The position numbers were made by a program, and so were the translations under genes. A DNA stretch of 64,000 nt from the human T2T-CHM13v2.0 reference genome, Homo sapiens. Numbering within the stretch: position 1 is the first letter of the stretch; every line of letters begins with the position of its first letter. Of the stretch, positions 15,113-30,561 are shown piece after piece. Location of the stretch: NCBI RefSeq assembly GCF_009914755.1, contig NC_060944.1; one strand, 5' to 3'. A model generated the notes under the pieces. That model was not told the DNA's origin. It saw nothing but the letters and a program-made list of their open reading frames with translations, and did not search any database.

Positions 15113-15339
15113 CAAGAGCAATGGGTTGGTGTGGGGGCTGCAGTGGGATCCACGTGGTTCAGCTCCAACAGCAGGAGTTCCCCACCTGGTTCCAGGTTTT
15201 CATCATCAAGTCCATGCATTCCTCAGATCGAGGGGTTCCACGGTTGACGAAAAGTATCATGTGTCATGTTTTGGGGATTTTGATGAGATTTGCCTGTGAC
15301 ATCAGGAGTAGCCTTTTATTTTTATTTTTAAATGCTTAT

Positions 15340-17135
15340 TTCTGTGCCCAGCCCAGACCTTTACTTGATGTCCAGGTTCATGCAATCAGCTGTGGTTGGG
15401 CTGTCTCCAACTCAAATAGTCGTGGGTTTCCCTGGCCGCCTTCTCCCTGCATCCCCCACCTCCATGATGGCCCTTCTTCCTGCCCAGGTGCTCAGGCCGG
15501 CATGGCCAGCTCCTCTCCTCCCCTGGCACCCACCCTCTGACCGCTCAGCACCTCTGTCCATCTGCTGTCCACATGGACCAATTCCCGAACTCCGGCCTCC
15601 TGTCTTCTCCCGCTGCAGTCCCTGCCCGGCTGCTCTCAGAGGATGATCACACCGCGGCCCTCCCTGGTCTCCCTGCTCAGCCTCCACCTCAGTCTATTCT
15701 TTTTTTTTTTTTTTTAACTTCTTAAATGCACAAATTTATTTTTTCTCAACAAACACACATCTTAATGCCTTTACAACTTTTATCTCCCCAAATATATCTT
15801 GCTTTTCTTTATACATGCTGTATACAGAGTTGTTTTCCTTATATTTAGTAGTTATTGCTTTTTTGTGCCCTTTTGGGTCCTGAATTTACACATCAGGCAT
15901 AGAGCTTGGGACAGGAAAGAGCTGTGAAGCAAATTCCTGGAAGATCAAACCCCTTCCAGCATGGCCAGGTAGCACAGCTGAGCCAGGGATGATGGGGCCA
16001 TATTGGGTTTGGCTCTGCCTTGCAGCTGGCAGTCCAAACACACCTCAGTCTATTCTATTCAACGATTCAGATCAGCCAGGCCAGCACCGAGCCCGGGTCT
16101 CCAGCCTCGCTCTGTGCAGCCACAGCCTTTCCCCGGTCGACAGGGCCCTGAGCCTCTGGCACCTTCCACCTGCCGGTCTCTTTCCTGCTTCTCTCCCATG
16201 TGGCCTTGCTCTGTTCAAGCCAGGAGCTCCCCACCTCGGGGTCTTACCCTCTGCCCCATCCGTCCTGGGATGCTCCTTTCTGGGATGTCCACCCACTGTG
16301 CCCTCACTGCCTGGGCACCTGCTGCTGAGACTGCAGAGGTGGATTTTGGCCCCCTTCTCCGGGGGCTCCTCTGATGTCCATGAGCAATCACAGCCCCCAC
16401 CGCCACCCCCTCCCTTCCCAGGGCTGTCTTTCTCCAGCGCACTTCCCACCATCTGACATAGTTTGCGTGTCGCACACCTTAGGTTGGATTCTGTGCAGCA
16501 GAACCTGAGCACCCATGTGTGGGAGCCCGTGCAACCCTCGACACAGCAGCAGGTGGGGCAGATGCAGCCTCAGATGCGCACCGCGGGGCCTTGGTGCCTT
16601 TGAGACTGGGCGTGACTCAGTTCATCTGGAGAAGTCCCCGGGAAGCGAGGGCAGGACCGCGGGGAGGGAGACGGGAAGGAAAAAACGCCCATCCTGATGG
16701 GATAAGGAGCAGGTGCCCACGGTGGGCCACTGGTGCTCAGCTGTGCTGGGGACCTCAGGGAGACGCTGAGGAGCGGCCTCAGAGGGGTGCACTGGAGAGG
16801 CGGGGAGGCCAGATCTGCTCCCCCGCAGCTTCCATTCGCCCAGGGCAGCTTTCCAGGACTCCACTCCCAGGTCACACAGGCTCCTGCAGCCCGAGGAGGC
16901 CCCGCAGGAGAGCAGGGGCAGCAAGAAGCCATGGTAGGGCAAAGACGGTGAGGCTTGCGGGACCCACGCGGCACCACCAGCTTCTGCTTTGTGCACTGTC
17001 TTGGGCTGTCACCTGCTTATCCTCTGGGTCATGAGCTCCCTGAAGACAGGGGTCTGTTTTGTTCTTTGCTGTGGCCAGAGACTACAACTGTGCCTGGAGC
17101 ACAGTCGGCCTTGCTTAAATATGCGCTGAGTGAGT
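15340..17135 (+). mobile_element. L2 fragment, interrupted by a retro-insertion and an LTR-like segment
   Basis: L2 motifs (cagcccagacc..., cagtctattct, gagctccctgaagacaggg) and a terminal gcctggagcacagt...aaatatgcgctgagtgag. Confidence 0.6.
15701..16040 (-). mobile_element. Orphan L1-mediated retro-insertion of an unidentified polyadenylated RNA
   Basis: Perfect 16-bp TSD CACCTCAGTCTATTCT (15685-15700, 16041-16056); T15 at 15701-15715; AATAAA on the minus strand at 15735-15740. Confidence 0.9.
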
Positions 17136-18540
17136 GACGCCTCCTGGGTCCGCCTCTGCAGGCTTCTGAGATGGATATTTGGCATCTTTAAAGAACCCAG
17201 ATCCCAGGCAAAGTCGCCCCTGATTTGGCTGATGCAGACTCCATCTCCTGCTGCTTCTGGGCTGACTCCGAAGCCTGTTGCTACTGTTTGCAGCCAAGTT
17301 AGTGTTCCCAACAGCGGCAGCTCCAGAGAGGGACTCAGACCGCTGATAAAAGCTCCCATTACACCGGGTGTTTTTCTGATGCTTTTGTACAGCTACCCTT
17401 TGATGCTGCAGTCATGAATCCTGACGGCAGAGTGACGATAATGGTCCCTATTACCCCTGGCATCTCACTTGATAGGATGACCAAGAGCCCACAAATCGCT
17501 CCTGAGTGTACCTCTAGCGACACATTTTTTTTTTTTTTTGAAACGGTTCCACCTGGTTTGTTCAGGAGAAGAAACAACAGATACGTGTATTTTCATTTCT
17601 TCCTTTAGTGGAGGTGTCACAATTGTTTTGGAAGTTGTCCAAGTGCCCAAGACCCCGGTCACAGACTCGACCATCTTCCCCATCCTTGAAAGCAAAGCAT
17701 CTATCTCCACATCTCCAGCACCAGCACAGGGCCTGGCAGGAGATAGGGCTCAAAGCAAAGCGTGTCTATGGGCCACCCGAGTGAGGTTAGATGGGAGCCC
17801 GGACCGCTGGCCTGCAGGAGGGCCCGAAGTCTGCGTGAGTCTCCTTCTTTCCCTGGGGGAGGTTCAGCCCCAACACCGTGGCCAGGATTGCTGCAGAAGG
17901 AGCCTCCGCCTGGCTCATCGCAGCCAGGCGATGATGTCTCGTGCTGAGTTTGAGTTGGGTGCTTGGTTAAGGTGCTGGCCATCAGAGTTCTCTGTTGTAA
18001 AGGATCCCTTTCCCTTTGAAATTGCCAAATAACATGTGTGGTGATATTTTGGGACCTTGTGGACACCCTGTTTGTCAAAATCTTCCCCCAGTGGTTTTGC
18101 ATCCACTGATGGTCTACGTACAATGATTACATTGAAGGTTGCAAATGGTCTTGTACATTTACCAGCAGGCCTTCCTCCAGGAAGAACTGTCCGTTCTCTC
18201 AGTCACTATTTTCAGTATGGTTATGGACTCAGGGATTCTTTTTTACTCCATGCATTCACAGCCACCACCGAAATTGTTTTATGTTCTTACGTTCCTACAT
18301 CTGGCCAGTGGGAGCCCTATTCTTCCAGCTTCTATTTTGTGGTTTGTTCCGATTGCCCCCTTTGAGGACTTTCTGATTTTCTGGTACAAGATGAAATCTT
18401 AACAACACGTCAATATCATGAGAAACAAACGAGGAGGGTGCACTGTTCTAGGAGATGGGTCATGACAACCAAAGACCATGCATGACCATCCATGGGATCC
18501 CAGAATGAGGAAAAAAAGCTCGAAATTTGGACTTATAAGC

Positions 18541-18761
18541 CAGGGATATTCAATCTTTTGGCTTCCCTGGGCCACACTGGAAGAAGAAGAATCGTCTTGG
18601 GCCACACATAAAATACACTAACACTAACAATAGCTGATGAGTTTTAAAAAATTGCCAGAAAAAAAATCTCATAATGTTTTAAGAAAAAAAATTGTGTTGG
18701 GCTACATTCAAAGCCATTCTGGGCCACATGTGGCCTGCGGGCCATGGGCTGGACAAGCTTG
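18541..18761 (+). mobile_element. MER30 hAT-Charlie MITE
   Basis: caggg...caatcttttggcttccctgggccac...ggacaagcttg; TSD (T/G)TATAAGC; sits within an old L1 3' fragment. Confidence 0.9.
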
Positions 18762-18805
18762 GTATAAGCTATATTTCTGCATCAATATTACATTATTGGA
18801 GGTGA

Positions 18806-19301
<496 letters not shown>

Positions 19302-19830
19302 AAAATTTTTCTATAGCTTTAACATTTTTCCAAATAGTAAGTTGGAGAAAATAAAAATAAAATCAAATAAATCAGACAAGAAACACGTATTGAGGTTGGA
19401 GGCAAACCTTTGGCCCTTTGACTGCTCTGTAAATATATCTCCTATCACTGCTGCCTGTGTGTGCCATTGAAAGCAGACACTTTTTTTTTTTCTGACTAAA
19501 GGATAAATGTGGACAGACTGAAAAGCAATTGTCTCTCTGTCATTCAGGAGAAGGATAATAAGGCAAAGAGGAGGGAGGAAGGAAAGGAGGGAAAGAAAAA
19601 AAGAAGCAAATGTGGAAGGCAGAATGGAAGGAAGGGATTTATTGATTAGCATGTCTGAACCAGGCACTGTGTTAGGTACTTGCTTTTACGTTATTCATCT
19701 CCTTCCAATGGCAACCTTTAAGAGGCAAGAAAATCAGGGCTTAGAGAAGCCGCAAACCTGTCCCTTGGCCACAAAATAAACACTGGGCATCTCAGATAAT
19801 GATGTTCAGCAAAGAAATATGATTAAGCTA

Positions 19831-20190
<360 letters not shown>

Positions 20191-22266
20191 ACCCTGACCA
20201 AGGTTTATCTGTTTGTAAAAGGAAGCTTTGTAGCAGGAAGGGTTGTGTCCCTTGAGCTGAAACATGAGTAGGGACAGCCTGGCCCTCTCACCTAAGTTGA
20301 ACCTTGGCCCATTGGACAGGCCTTGGAAAGCAGGTGCTGTCTCCTTTGCTTCTTACACAGTCTGTGGGACATGACCCTGGCAGGACCCTACCCCATCAGG
20401 GTGCTCCACTCCTTGCTTCACAGTGAGGAGTGGAGGCCCTTGGGGGACTTGGTGGCTGGGGTGAGCCCTGAGTGGAGGGTGGGGCTGATCTGGGCACAGC
20501 CTCCCCACCCCTGGCCAGCCCTTTACAGGGTTCAGAGCACCATGGGCATAAACTCAGGGGCTTCCTCTGCAATTTGAAGATGCTCCCGAGAAATAATCTT
20601 AGGCACAGGAAGGCTTTGCCCTGTGCTCTTACAATGGAGTCAGCGGCTGGGTGTGGAAATTAGGGTGAGAGGGTGGGAATATATTGCCCCTTCCCCAGCC
20701 CCAGCCACCCATGACACCGGCAGCTCTGGGAGGGAAGGACACTTTTGCAAACTTAAACAGCACTGACAAGGACTCTTTCTGATTGCTCTCCAGTGAGACA
20801 TGAGTAAATTAGCTAATTAAGGCAGCTCCACTGAATACATTCTACATGCAGGCAATTTGCTGTTTATTTCCCACATGGACAAAGAAACGAAAATAGGAAC
20901 TAAATCAACATCTCAGAAAGAAAAAATACCTTTGATGAATGAATTATAATGAAAGATTTCTTGATTATTGAAAGTGTGTGAAATGGTTCTCACCCCAAGG
21001 TCAAAAATTTAATAGCCCCCGTCCAAACCAAAGTGTCCATCATTCGTTCAGGAAAGTATTTGTTTAGTGCCTGCAACGTGCCAAGCCTGTGGCTGGGCCT
21101 GATGATGAAATGGTGGGGAAGGCAGAGCAAAGGAGGATATTAATCAAATAGTCAAACAGATGAGACAGATCAGAGCCCTTCTGTCCACATTTCCTGGGGT
21201 CTGGCATCTCTTGAGATTCTGGTAACAACAGGCCAGGAAGGAGGCAGACGCTGTTTGTGCAAAGAAGACAGAGTCGGTAGATGGGACTTGCTGGCAGTTG
21301 AAGCCTCACAAGGCTCTGATATGTTTCAGACGCTCTTTTTTGAGGCCACGTCATCCTGCGGGGTCCTGTCCTCCCCCAGCTCTCACCCTCCTGGGCAGTT
21401 CTGGACCAGACAGGAATGACTGACTGTCACGCCACAGTGGGGGCAGAAGAGATAAGGTCTGGGGCGGAGTGGACAGTCCAGGGAGTTGAGGAGTGTCAGT
21501 GGAGGAGAGGAGAAAGTGAGGGGGTGAATGGAGAAAAGGGTGGGGCCAGCTTCCTGCCGGCCGAGGGGGGGTTTTGTGGTTCTCCCTGACAGCTTGGGAT
21601 GGAGGTGCATTCCCATGGATAAGCTTGGGAGGCAAGTGGCCAGAGAACTCCTATCCCACCCCGTTCCTGTGTCACAGGGAGGATGCCACATGGGTTGCGA
21701 TGTGCCTGAATCCGGGTGAAGTACTGGCTGTTCACTGTTTCTTCTTTGTGTGTCCCTGGATGGCAAAGGAGAGGCCTATTTTATTGCAAACTGTTGCACT
21801 CCTCTCCTCTCTGATGAGTGCATTCAGCCAGAATGTGCGTTCTCACATGTCTGAGATCCCTGAACTACTTGGTGACCAACCACTCCCAAGAAAATTGCTC
21901 TAGTTCTTAGGACAGTCCTTGGACACATTGAGCATTCAGTAAACATCTGTGGACCCACTGAATGCGTGTCTTAGGACTCAGGCAGGGGCCCTGTCAGGGG
22001 ATGGTGCTGTTGGCTTCCTGCTCAGAAGCTAAGCAGTGTTGGGCCTCGCTGGTACTTGGATGGGAGACCGCCTGGGATGGTGCTGAGGAGCAGGAGTGGT
22101 GTCAGCATAGGGGCTTTGGGATTCAGTGTCCCCTTTGAGGGAAGCAGGTGAAGAGGAGACAGCTGGGGCCTGGATATTGGAGTCCCTGGGTAAGGTGCCC
22201 CCAAATTTGGTAAATTTGATAACAAGTGCCTCATCTCAAAGTGAGGGCCATGGGTGGGTGTGACTG

Positions 22267-22470
22267 CAGTGGGTGCTGGTTAAAAAAAATGTAAAAAGCT
22301 CTTCTGGAAAAAAGACCCCAACAACCCTGATTTGTAGCAATTGCCAGTTTCCCTGGTGTAAATATTCCCACCATGGCTGATTTCAAGCTACCAAAGATGT
22401 AACCACAAATTAGCAAAGTTTCTGAACATTTCACAGTTGGCTCTCAGAGCCAGCTGCCTGCACTCCACTG
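22267..22470. mobile_element. MER63-like hAT MITE
   Basis: cagtgggtgctgg...ggtgtaaatattcccaccatggctgatttcaagctacc...cactccactg. Confidence 0.65.
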
Positions 22471-22889
22471 GGTGTGAGGGACTGTCTGGTCCCTACTAGG
22501 GGTCTCACAGTGGATGTGGGGTGGGTGCACCATGGGGCTGTGGGTGAGCCTGTATATCCTGCCATGCAACGGGAAGCATTACTTGAATCACCCACAAAGT
22601 CCAGCAGTGAGGACCTGGCAGATGTAGACCAATAAACACTGAAGAAGTGGAACCAGCAGGGATGAGGATGAAGCAGGATCTCCCAAAGGGAACACAGACC
22701 ATGTCAGGAGGAGGAGAGACCCCTGTGGAGGCTCTGAAGCCCCTAACGGTTTTTGAAAATGTCTCCTTTGATCAGGCTGCAAAACTCAAACCTGGGGGGA
22801 AAGAGGTTGACTGTCGCTACAATTTTATTAGAAGAATTATGTTGAAAAATGAGAACTTGATTCATTCTTTGATTAAGAATTAGGGCACA

Positions 22890-23201
<312 letters not shown>

Positions 23202-23429
23202 TTAGGGCACGTTTGCCACTATAACCTAAATGTTGTTGAATAGGAGAGAAAAACTCATTTTCGCCAATTTAATTTCATATTTTTTGATAAAGCTGTAGTT
23301 AAGCTTTTCTCTTTTCTTTTTTTCTTTTTTTTTTTTTTCAGAAGAGGTGGTGAGCGTGTGGCTGACAGCAGGGGCTCTGGTGCAGGGTGACCTGATCCAG
23401 TCCTGATGATGCCAATTTCTACACAAGCA

Positions 23430-23580
23430 ACCACCTTTCTGTGCCTCTGTGTTTTCATCTGCAAAATGGGGACGGTGAGGTAGTAGTGCCTGTGTTTTGG
23501 AGAGTACATGATTTAATACACATGGAGTACGGGGAACAGCGCCTGGCCTAAAGTGAGTCCAAGGTAAATGTTTGTTAACT
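23430..23580 (+). mobile_element. MIR
   Basis: ctgtgcctctgtgttttcatctgcaaaatgggg core. Confidence 0.8.
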
Positions 23581-24270
23581 AAATCACAAAGCATTTGTTG
23601 TGAAACTTTGGTACTCAATTTAATTGAATTTACCTTGAATGGGCTTTTTAGTTGTACGGGTTGTCCTCAGATAACAACGGCCTTGTTTCATTACACGTGG
23701 TCCTGGCTGGGAAGAAAAGACACCACAGTTTGATAAGAGGGGCCTTGGGGGACCTGACCTGGGCCCTGGGCCTGGGCGAGGAGGTGATGAGGACACAGGA
23801 GAATCCCCCCAAGGAGGTGACATTCATCTGAGATGTGACAGGTGACGAGGCTCCTGGAGGTAACTGGGTGAGGATGGGGTTGGGGGTGGGGGCACATTCT
23901 AGGAGGAGGGGCCAGCACGTGCCAAGACCTTGAGGTTCCGGGAAGCCTGGTCTGTCCAAGACCAGCGGAGAGGCCAGTGTGGCCATGACCGAGTGGACAC
24001 AGGGGTGAGTGGTGGGAGGTGGGACTGGACGGGGGCAGGGACCTGTGGGGGTTTGGTCCAAGGGCAGCCTCTGAGGTTTGATGGGTCCGATCTTTCTCTT
24101 TGGACGTCCCCATGGGAGGGCCTCCTTGTCTAAGGCTGATCTTTTCCTCCCCATTCCCACCATGGCCTGTTTCACAGGTAAGAACCCGGGTGGGAGGGGA
24201 GACCTCTGTTTCAGGGCCTTGGCCACATCTCAGGAGAAAATCTGTGAAGACTGATTTTCAGGAAATGCTT

Positions 24271-24688
24271 GGCTGGGAACTCTGCCATGGGAAGCAGGGG
24301 TCTGAGAGCCAGGTCAGCGATGCTGTCTTGTACTCGTGACTGAACTGGAGGCCGGGCAGCCAGGAGAAGCCCCAGGACCCTCCTGATTCATGCGGGCCTA
24401 TGCAGGAACTGCCAGGGGTCAGAATGAAGGCATCTGGCTTCGGGAGCATCCAGTGGGAAGCAGCCCAGGCTGGGAAGTGCAGATTTTACCGGAGCTGTAG
24501 GTTTTCATGAGGAACCTGGGGGTCACTCAGGCATCTCCCTGCAAACAGCTGCCTGCCCACGGTGAACATCCAGGGGTCAGGTCCCAGGGCTTCTCCTGGC
24601 TTCCCTGCCTCCAGTTCAGTCCCAAGAACAAGATGGTGTCACTGACCTTGCTCTCAGACACCCGCTTCCCACAGCAGAGTTCCCGGCC
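24271..24688. repeat. Long imperfect inverted repeat (109-bp arms, 200-bp spacer)
   Basis: 24271-24379 matches the reverse complement of 24580-24688 at 91/109 nt without gaps (manual alignment). Confidence 0.9.
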
Positions 24689-26639
24689 TGCCTGCAAAGT
24701 GCTAACCACACTGTTGGAATTCCTCAGGGGTGAGCACGAGCCTCTCCGTTTCATCTGTGCCTATCGTGGACACATTAACTATTTCATGAAGTAACACAAG
24801 TAGCATCTGGAGTAAAAAAATTAACTAAAAATAGGTGAAACAGTGAAATTCAGTGACAAGGATGCTCATGAATAATTAAGAGGCCGACACAGGACCACGT
24901 TTTAAGGAGATTCTCATTCCTAAGCCTGTTGCTTTTCCCTGCACAGCACAAGCAAGACCTGATTTCCCAGCAGGAAGGTTGTCTTAATTAAATCTTATTT
25001 GTCAAGAAGGCAAGATGTATTTGTGTTTCCTCAGGCTCCCATTATTATAAACTTCGCAATGTTTTCTCTGAGAAATGCTCCTTTTCTGCTCAAAAGAGCT
25101 GATTGTTGCTGTTTTTCTCTCTTCCATTGTGAGAAGGAAATGCTACAAGTTCTTTGTCAGGTAATCAATTATCCTCCTTAAAGGATCCCTGAAGTGTCAT
25201 TTGAAAATTATGGCTCCTGAAAAATAATAAAATGGCCACTTTAACATATTGTTGCCTGTCAGAGTGAGTTTCTCTCCCCTGCAGAGTCACAGAGCCTGTA
25301 AATTGCCCGTGGTAATGACCTCTGGCTCCAAATGCAGTCACTGGTCTCTGCACAGATAGACACTGTCTGTCACTTCTGGGGTTTCACTGTTGACGCTGTG
25401 TCTCTTTTAGCTTCTAGGAAGCCCTGTAATGATGCTGTAATTAGCAATGCATCCTTCCCTCTCTCCCAACTCCAATTGCTGTAATTTATGTCTCTCAACA
25501 ATACTTACACCAAGCACGCCATCTGTACCACTGTGTGGGGAAGGAAGTTCTCAGGTTCAAGGTCTCAGGGAGATAAACACAATTTTAAGTTCACAGACAT
25601 CCTCAGCAATCAACATCAACTACCACACCAAGAAAGCAAGACCTTGGTATTGTTGGCGAGTAGCAGGTAATTGATGATCTTGTCAGCATGATCTACTGTC
25701 CCTGATCTGTATCAATATGAAATAAGAAACCATTTAAGAGGTGTCAGGAAAACATGTCAGGCCCCCCTCCTCCTCCTCCTACCATTTGACATTGACTCAT
25801 TCATGTATAAAATTGAGTCTTTGTGATGGTGAAGTGTTAAAGACCCCGTGTAGTCAAATTACTATCATGAAACCAGTGAGTGGAAACAAGTTATTAAATG
25901 TCCCTGGTTCCTCCTCATTCAAACAGGTGGAAGAAAACAAACAGAAAGCTTAGATGCAAATGTGACTTCATGCCCAAGTGTTCGTGAGAACCAATATACG
26001 CCAAGAAAGAGAAAGCCGGGTGGTGCCCCAGATAATTCGGGTGAAAAAGACTTCTACCAGAAAATCAAAGACATCCAGGCACAGCTTGAGGATGCAGCCG
26101 TAGTCCATCCATCGTGTCTTCTTGTGAATGAGCCTCAAGTTTCTTAGCAACACAGGACACGCTAAGTGTCCCTGTGACATTCAGTGGAAATGTTGAAGCA
26201 TCACTGAAATTCCTTGAGCCAAGGTGCACCTGTTCAGGTCTCAAGACCTTTTCTGAGAGCTGGGCAGACCACCTTCCCTCACTGGGCTTCAGCTTCCTTA
26301 TTTAAAACTACACATTCCTTTGGACATTCCTTGTTTCTGCCCAATGCAAGATAAAGGAGAGGTGGCAGAAAAGTTGAACTTGTTTCTGCTGGTGTTCCCG
26401 GAAGAAAAATCTTGATCTCAGGGCATCCTGAGGTGTGTCCTTGGGAGAATGGATCCTTGATGTTATGAATGAATTGTGTAGGAATCGCACCCTCTAATGG
26501 AAAGTCGAACTTTCAGACTCGCCAAAAATCCAAAAAGAGGGTTCTGAAGTGTATGTGGAATCTTCATGTGTCTTTTTGCAAGGACATTACTCATTCATTC
26601 CCAAGGCATTGGGCCGTTCCACTGTAATTCACAGTTAGT

Positions 26640-27150
26640 TGGTTAATTGCTGGTGTAGACCCCAACATTTAGATATCCTACTTCCTTGCAAGCAGAGCCC
26701 TGGTTTTGCTCAGATGCTGGGAAGCAATGTGCTCTCTGACACCAGGGAGTGGATTACCATTGGTCTGAGCCCAGCATGGCAGTCTCACTTACTTTTAGTA
26801 ATTGGCTTGGAGGGGACATTGAGTCAGGGCTAGTCAATGAGATGTAATTTGGGAGTCTATTGGTGGGGGCTTCTGGGGTCTCTAAGGGGATCTGTGAGGA
26901 GCAACTCTCTCTTTTCTCTCTTCTTTATTCTGGTCATGGTTCTGAGTGGATGTCTTGGCAGGTGAGATGGCAGCCATCTTGTCTCTATGAGGGCACAAGG
27001 CAGAGGAGAAGGCTGGCACACAGAGGAAGGGAGAGCAGAGCCAGGGGGCATCAGCAGCAAGTGGCTGAGGTGACCAGCAGGGGACTTGCCTACGTGTGGC
27101 TCTCAGACCTTTCCTTATTGCTGCAAGCATTTCCCTCTGAGAAGGACCAG
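26640..27150 (+). mobile_element. Old MLT1 LTR
   Basis: gattaccattggtctgagccc...ggcagccatcttg...ctgcaagcatt. Confidence 0.6.
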
Positions 27151-27886
27151 CTCTACCCACACTCTACCACTCCATCTGCAAGCCCAGAGGTGCCCAGGAG
27201 TCCCTTGGCCTCCATATGAAGCTACCCCTTCCCTGGCCCACACCTCAGCTGACAGGGGCTGATAGGAAGCTCCACAATGCTGCGTGAGCCTGGAAAGATC
27301 CCCACCTTCCTGCTCCTAAAGACACACCTTCCCCACCACATTCCACCCTGAGAGCATGGAATTAATCACCGGATACCTTCTATTCCTGTTGAAGTCCATC
27401 TCCTCGTGAAGCCCGCCTCCTGGGTCATCCTTTGTCCCCTGGACTCTCAGCCCTACATGACCCAGTGGGAAATGAGGCCTGAGCCCTATTTCTCTGGCCC
27501 TTCCTGCCCTGTTTCTGTGTCAGTTTCCTTTGTAGCATTGTCATTGTCTGACTCAGTCTTTCCTGGGGATCCTGGAGACAATCATCTTAGCCCAGGTCTC
27601 CTCACCCAGAGCCAAGGCCAACTGAAAGAGTCAGTGCCTTTGGGGCGCAGTGCCTTCGGGGCAGATGCAGCCCCAGGGGTCCAGGGTGGGGAAACGGGAA
27701 GCGAGGTGGGGAGGCTGGGAAGTGATGACTGAGCTGATGACAGCCTCCCAAAGACCCAGCTGGTCACCAGGTCACGTGGAGCATTTCCAGACAAGCTGTG
27801 CAGAAACGCTCCCCACAGGATGGCCCATATGGGGATGGTTGGGAGGGGCCATTTATAGCTAATCTCTCTTTTTTCCTCTCCCTTGA

Positions 27887-28234
<348 letters not shown>

Positions 28235-28847
28235 GAGTCTTCTCTTTCTTAACACCAGGGTGCATCACCCAGTCCCTTGGCAGCTGCTGGGGAATCCAGA
28301 TCCCACGCTCATTTTTGTGGCAACTTAGCTGAATCCAGAATTGGTGGAGGATCCAGAATCTTGGGGCGTCGGTCTCAGGCCGTGTGTGGTGTAAGGCCTG
28401 AAACTGAAGTGTAATATTAAGTACGGCCTTGATGTCTTTGAGCTTCACAGGGCTGCAGAGGCCAAACTACTAGTTCCCTTCCCTCACCAATATGCTCCCA
28501 GCTCAGTGGGAAAGACTCCCACCTGGTAGGTTTACCTGTCAACTGGAGCAGCCACGCTCCACCTGGTCCTCAGCTTAACTGGCTTCACCTCTCTGCCCAC
28601 AGGAACCAGGGGTACCTCACCCCGTTGTTACTTCAAGGTCTGCCTCCCACAGCCCCTCCTGTTCTCTCTGTTCCCAGGTGCACACCCTGTGGCTCTGCAG
28701 GGCGCGTGTTATCCTCCCCTGCGGGCTGTATTTGTGGCCGACCCACTGCCCGTCTCATGTGTGCAGCGCTGGGTGTTGTGTGCTCGGCCATCTCATACTA
28801 TTTAGGGCGAGGATGCATCCCTCACCGATGGGGTGAACGGGAGGTAG

Positions 28848-29327
<480 letters not shown>

Positions 29328-29779
29328 AAACTACTTTTTAATGAATGGCCTCTTCGGAAACTGCTCAAGGGGGAAAGATGACTCTGGTTCTTGCAGCCAA
29401 AGTCTGTTTCCCTTTGCACTAAGACTGATTTGTAATACTCATCATAGCCGTTCATTTTACTTTTGTGGAATGAATTCCAGGAGAATTTCTCTTTTACAAG
29501 CCTATCAAATATTAGGTGGTTTTGAGCAAGAGCTTTCATAAGCAGTGTGTCAGGCTAACCCGCAATAATGTGAGAAATTTAAAAAATAATTTGATTATTT
29601 TCCTTACCTCTGCCTCCCCAGTGAATGGGATGACGTGAAAAGTGTGATGGGGATGACTTCAGAGGCAAGGCTCCGTCTTCACAGAGAGAGGCCATGCAGC
29701 CTGGCTTCACCCAGTCAGACCACATCTGTGATTTTCTTGCTCTCCTTTTAGCCTGACACACTTTGTTTCTTCATTTCAC

Positions 29780-30150
29780 TTTGATTTTTGAGATATAAAT
29801 CGAAATCCACATACAATTCACACTTTAACAGTATAAAATTCAGTGTTTTTTAGTATTTGCAAGGTTGTGCAACCTTCAATATCAAATCCCAGAACATTAT
29901 TATTGCCAAAAAGAAACCTTGTACCCATTAGCAGTCATTCTCCAACTGTCCTAGGGAATTACTAATTTATTTTCTGTCTCTATGGACTTGGCTGTTATGG
30001 ACATTTCATAAATGGGACCATATACGATGTGATCTTTTGTGTCTGGCTTTTTTCACTTGCTATAATGTTCTCAAGGTTCATTCACATTGTAGCATGAATC
30101 AGCATTTCATTCCTTTTTATGCCTGAATAATATTCCATTGCATGGATAAC
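29780..30150 (-). mobile_element. L1M 3' end
   Basis: ttgtacccattagcagtca...ggttcattcacattgtagcatg...gaataatattccattg. Confidence 0.85.
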
Positions 30151-30159
30151 TGTCATTTT

Positions 30160-30481
<322 letters not shown>

Positions 30482-30561
30482 TGAAGTGAGGAACAATTCA
30501 AGTTACCTTAAACAAACAAACAAAAGAATGTTAGGCCTCACGTCACTGAAGAGTCCAGAGG

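Noticed and set aside
16460-17000. CpG-island promoter
   Set aside because: Only modest CpG enrichment; the sequence looks like an old LTR inside an L2, with no exon evidence
25450-26160. Possible coding exon or pseudogene fragment
   Set aside because: Short ORFs with no protein similarity that I can recognise
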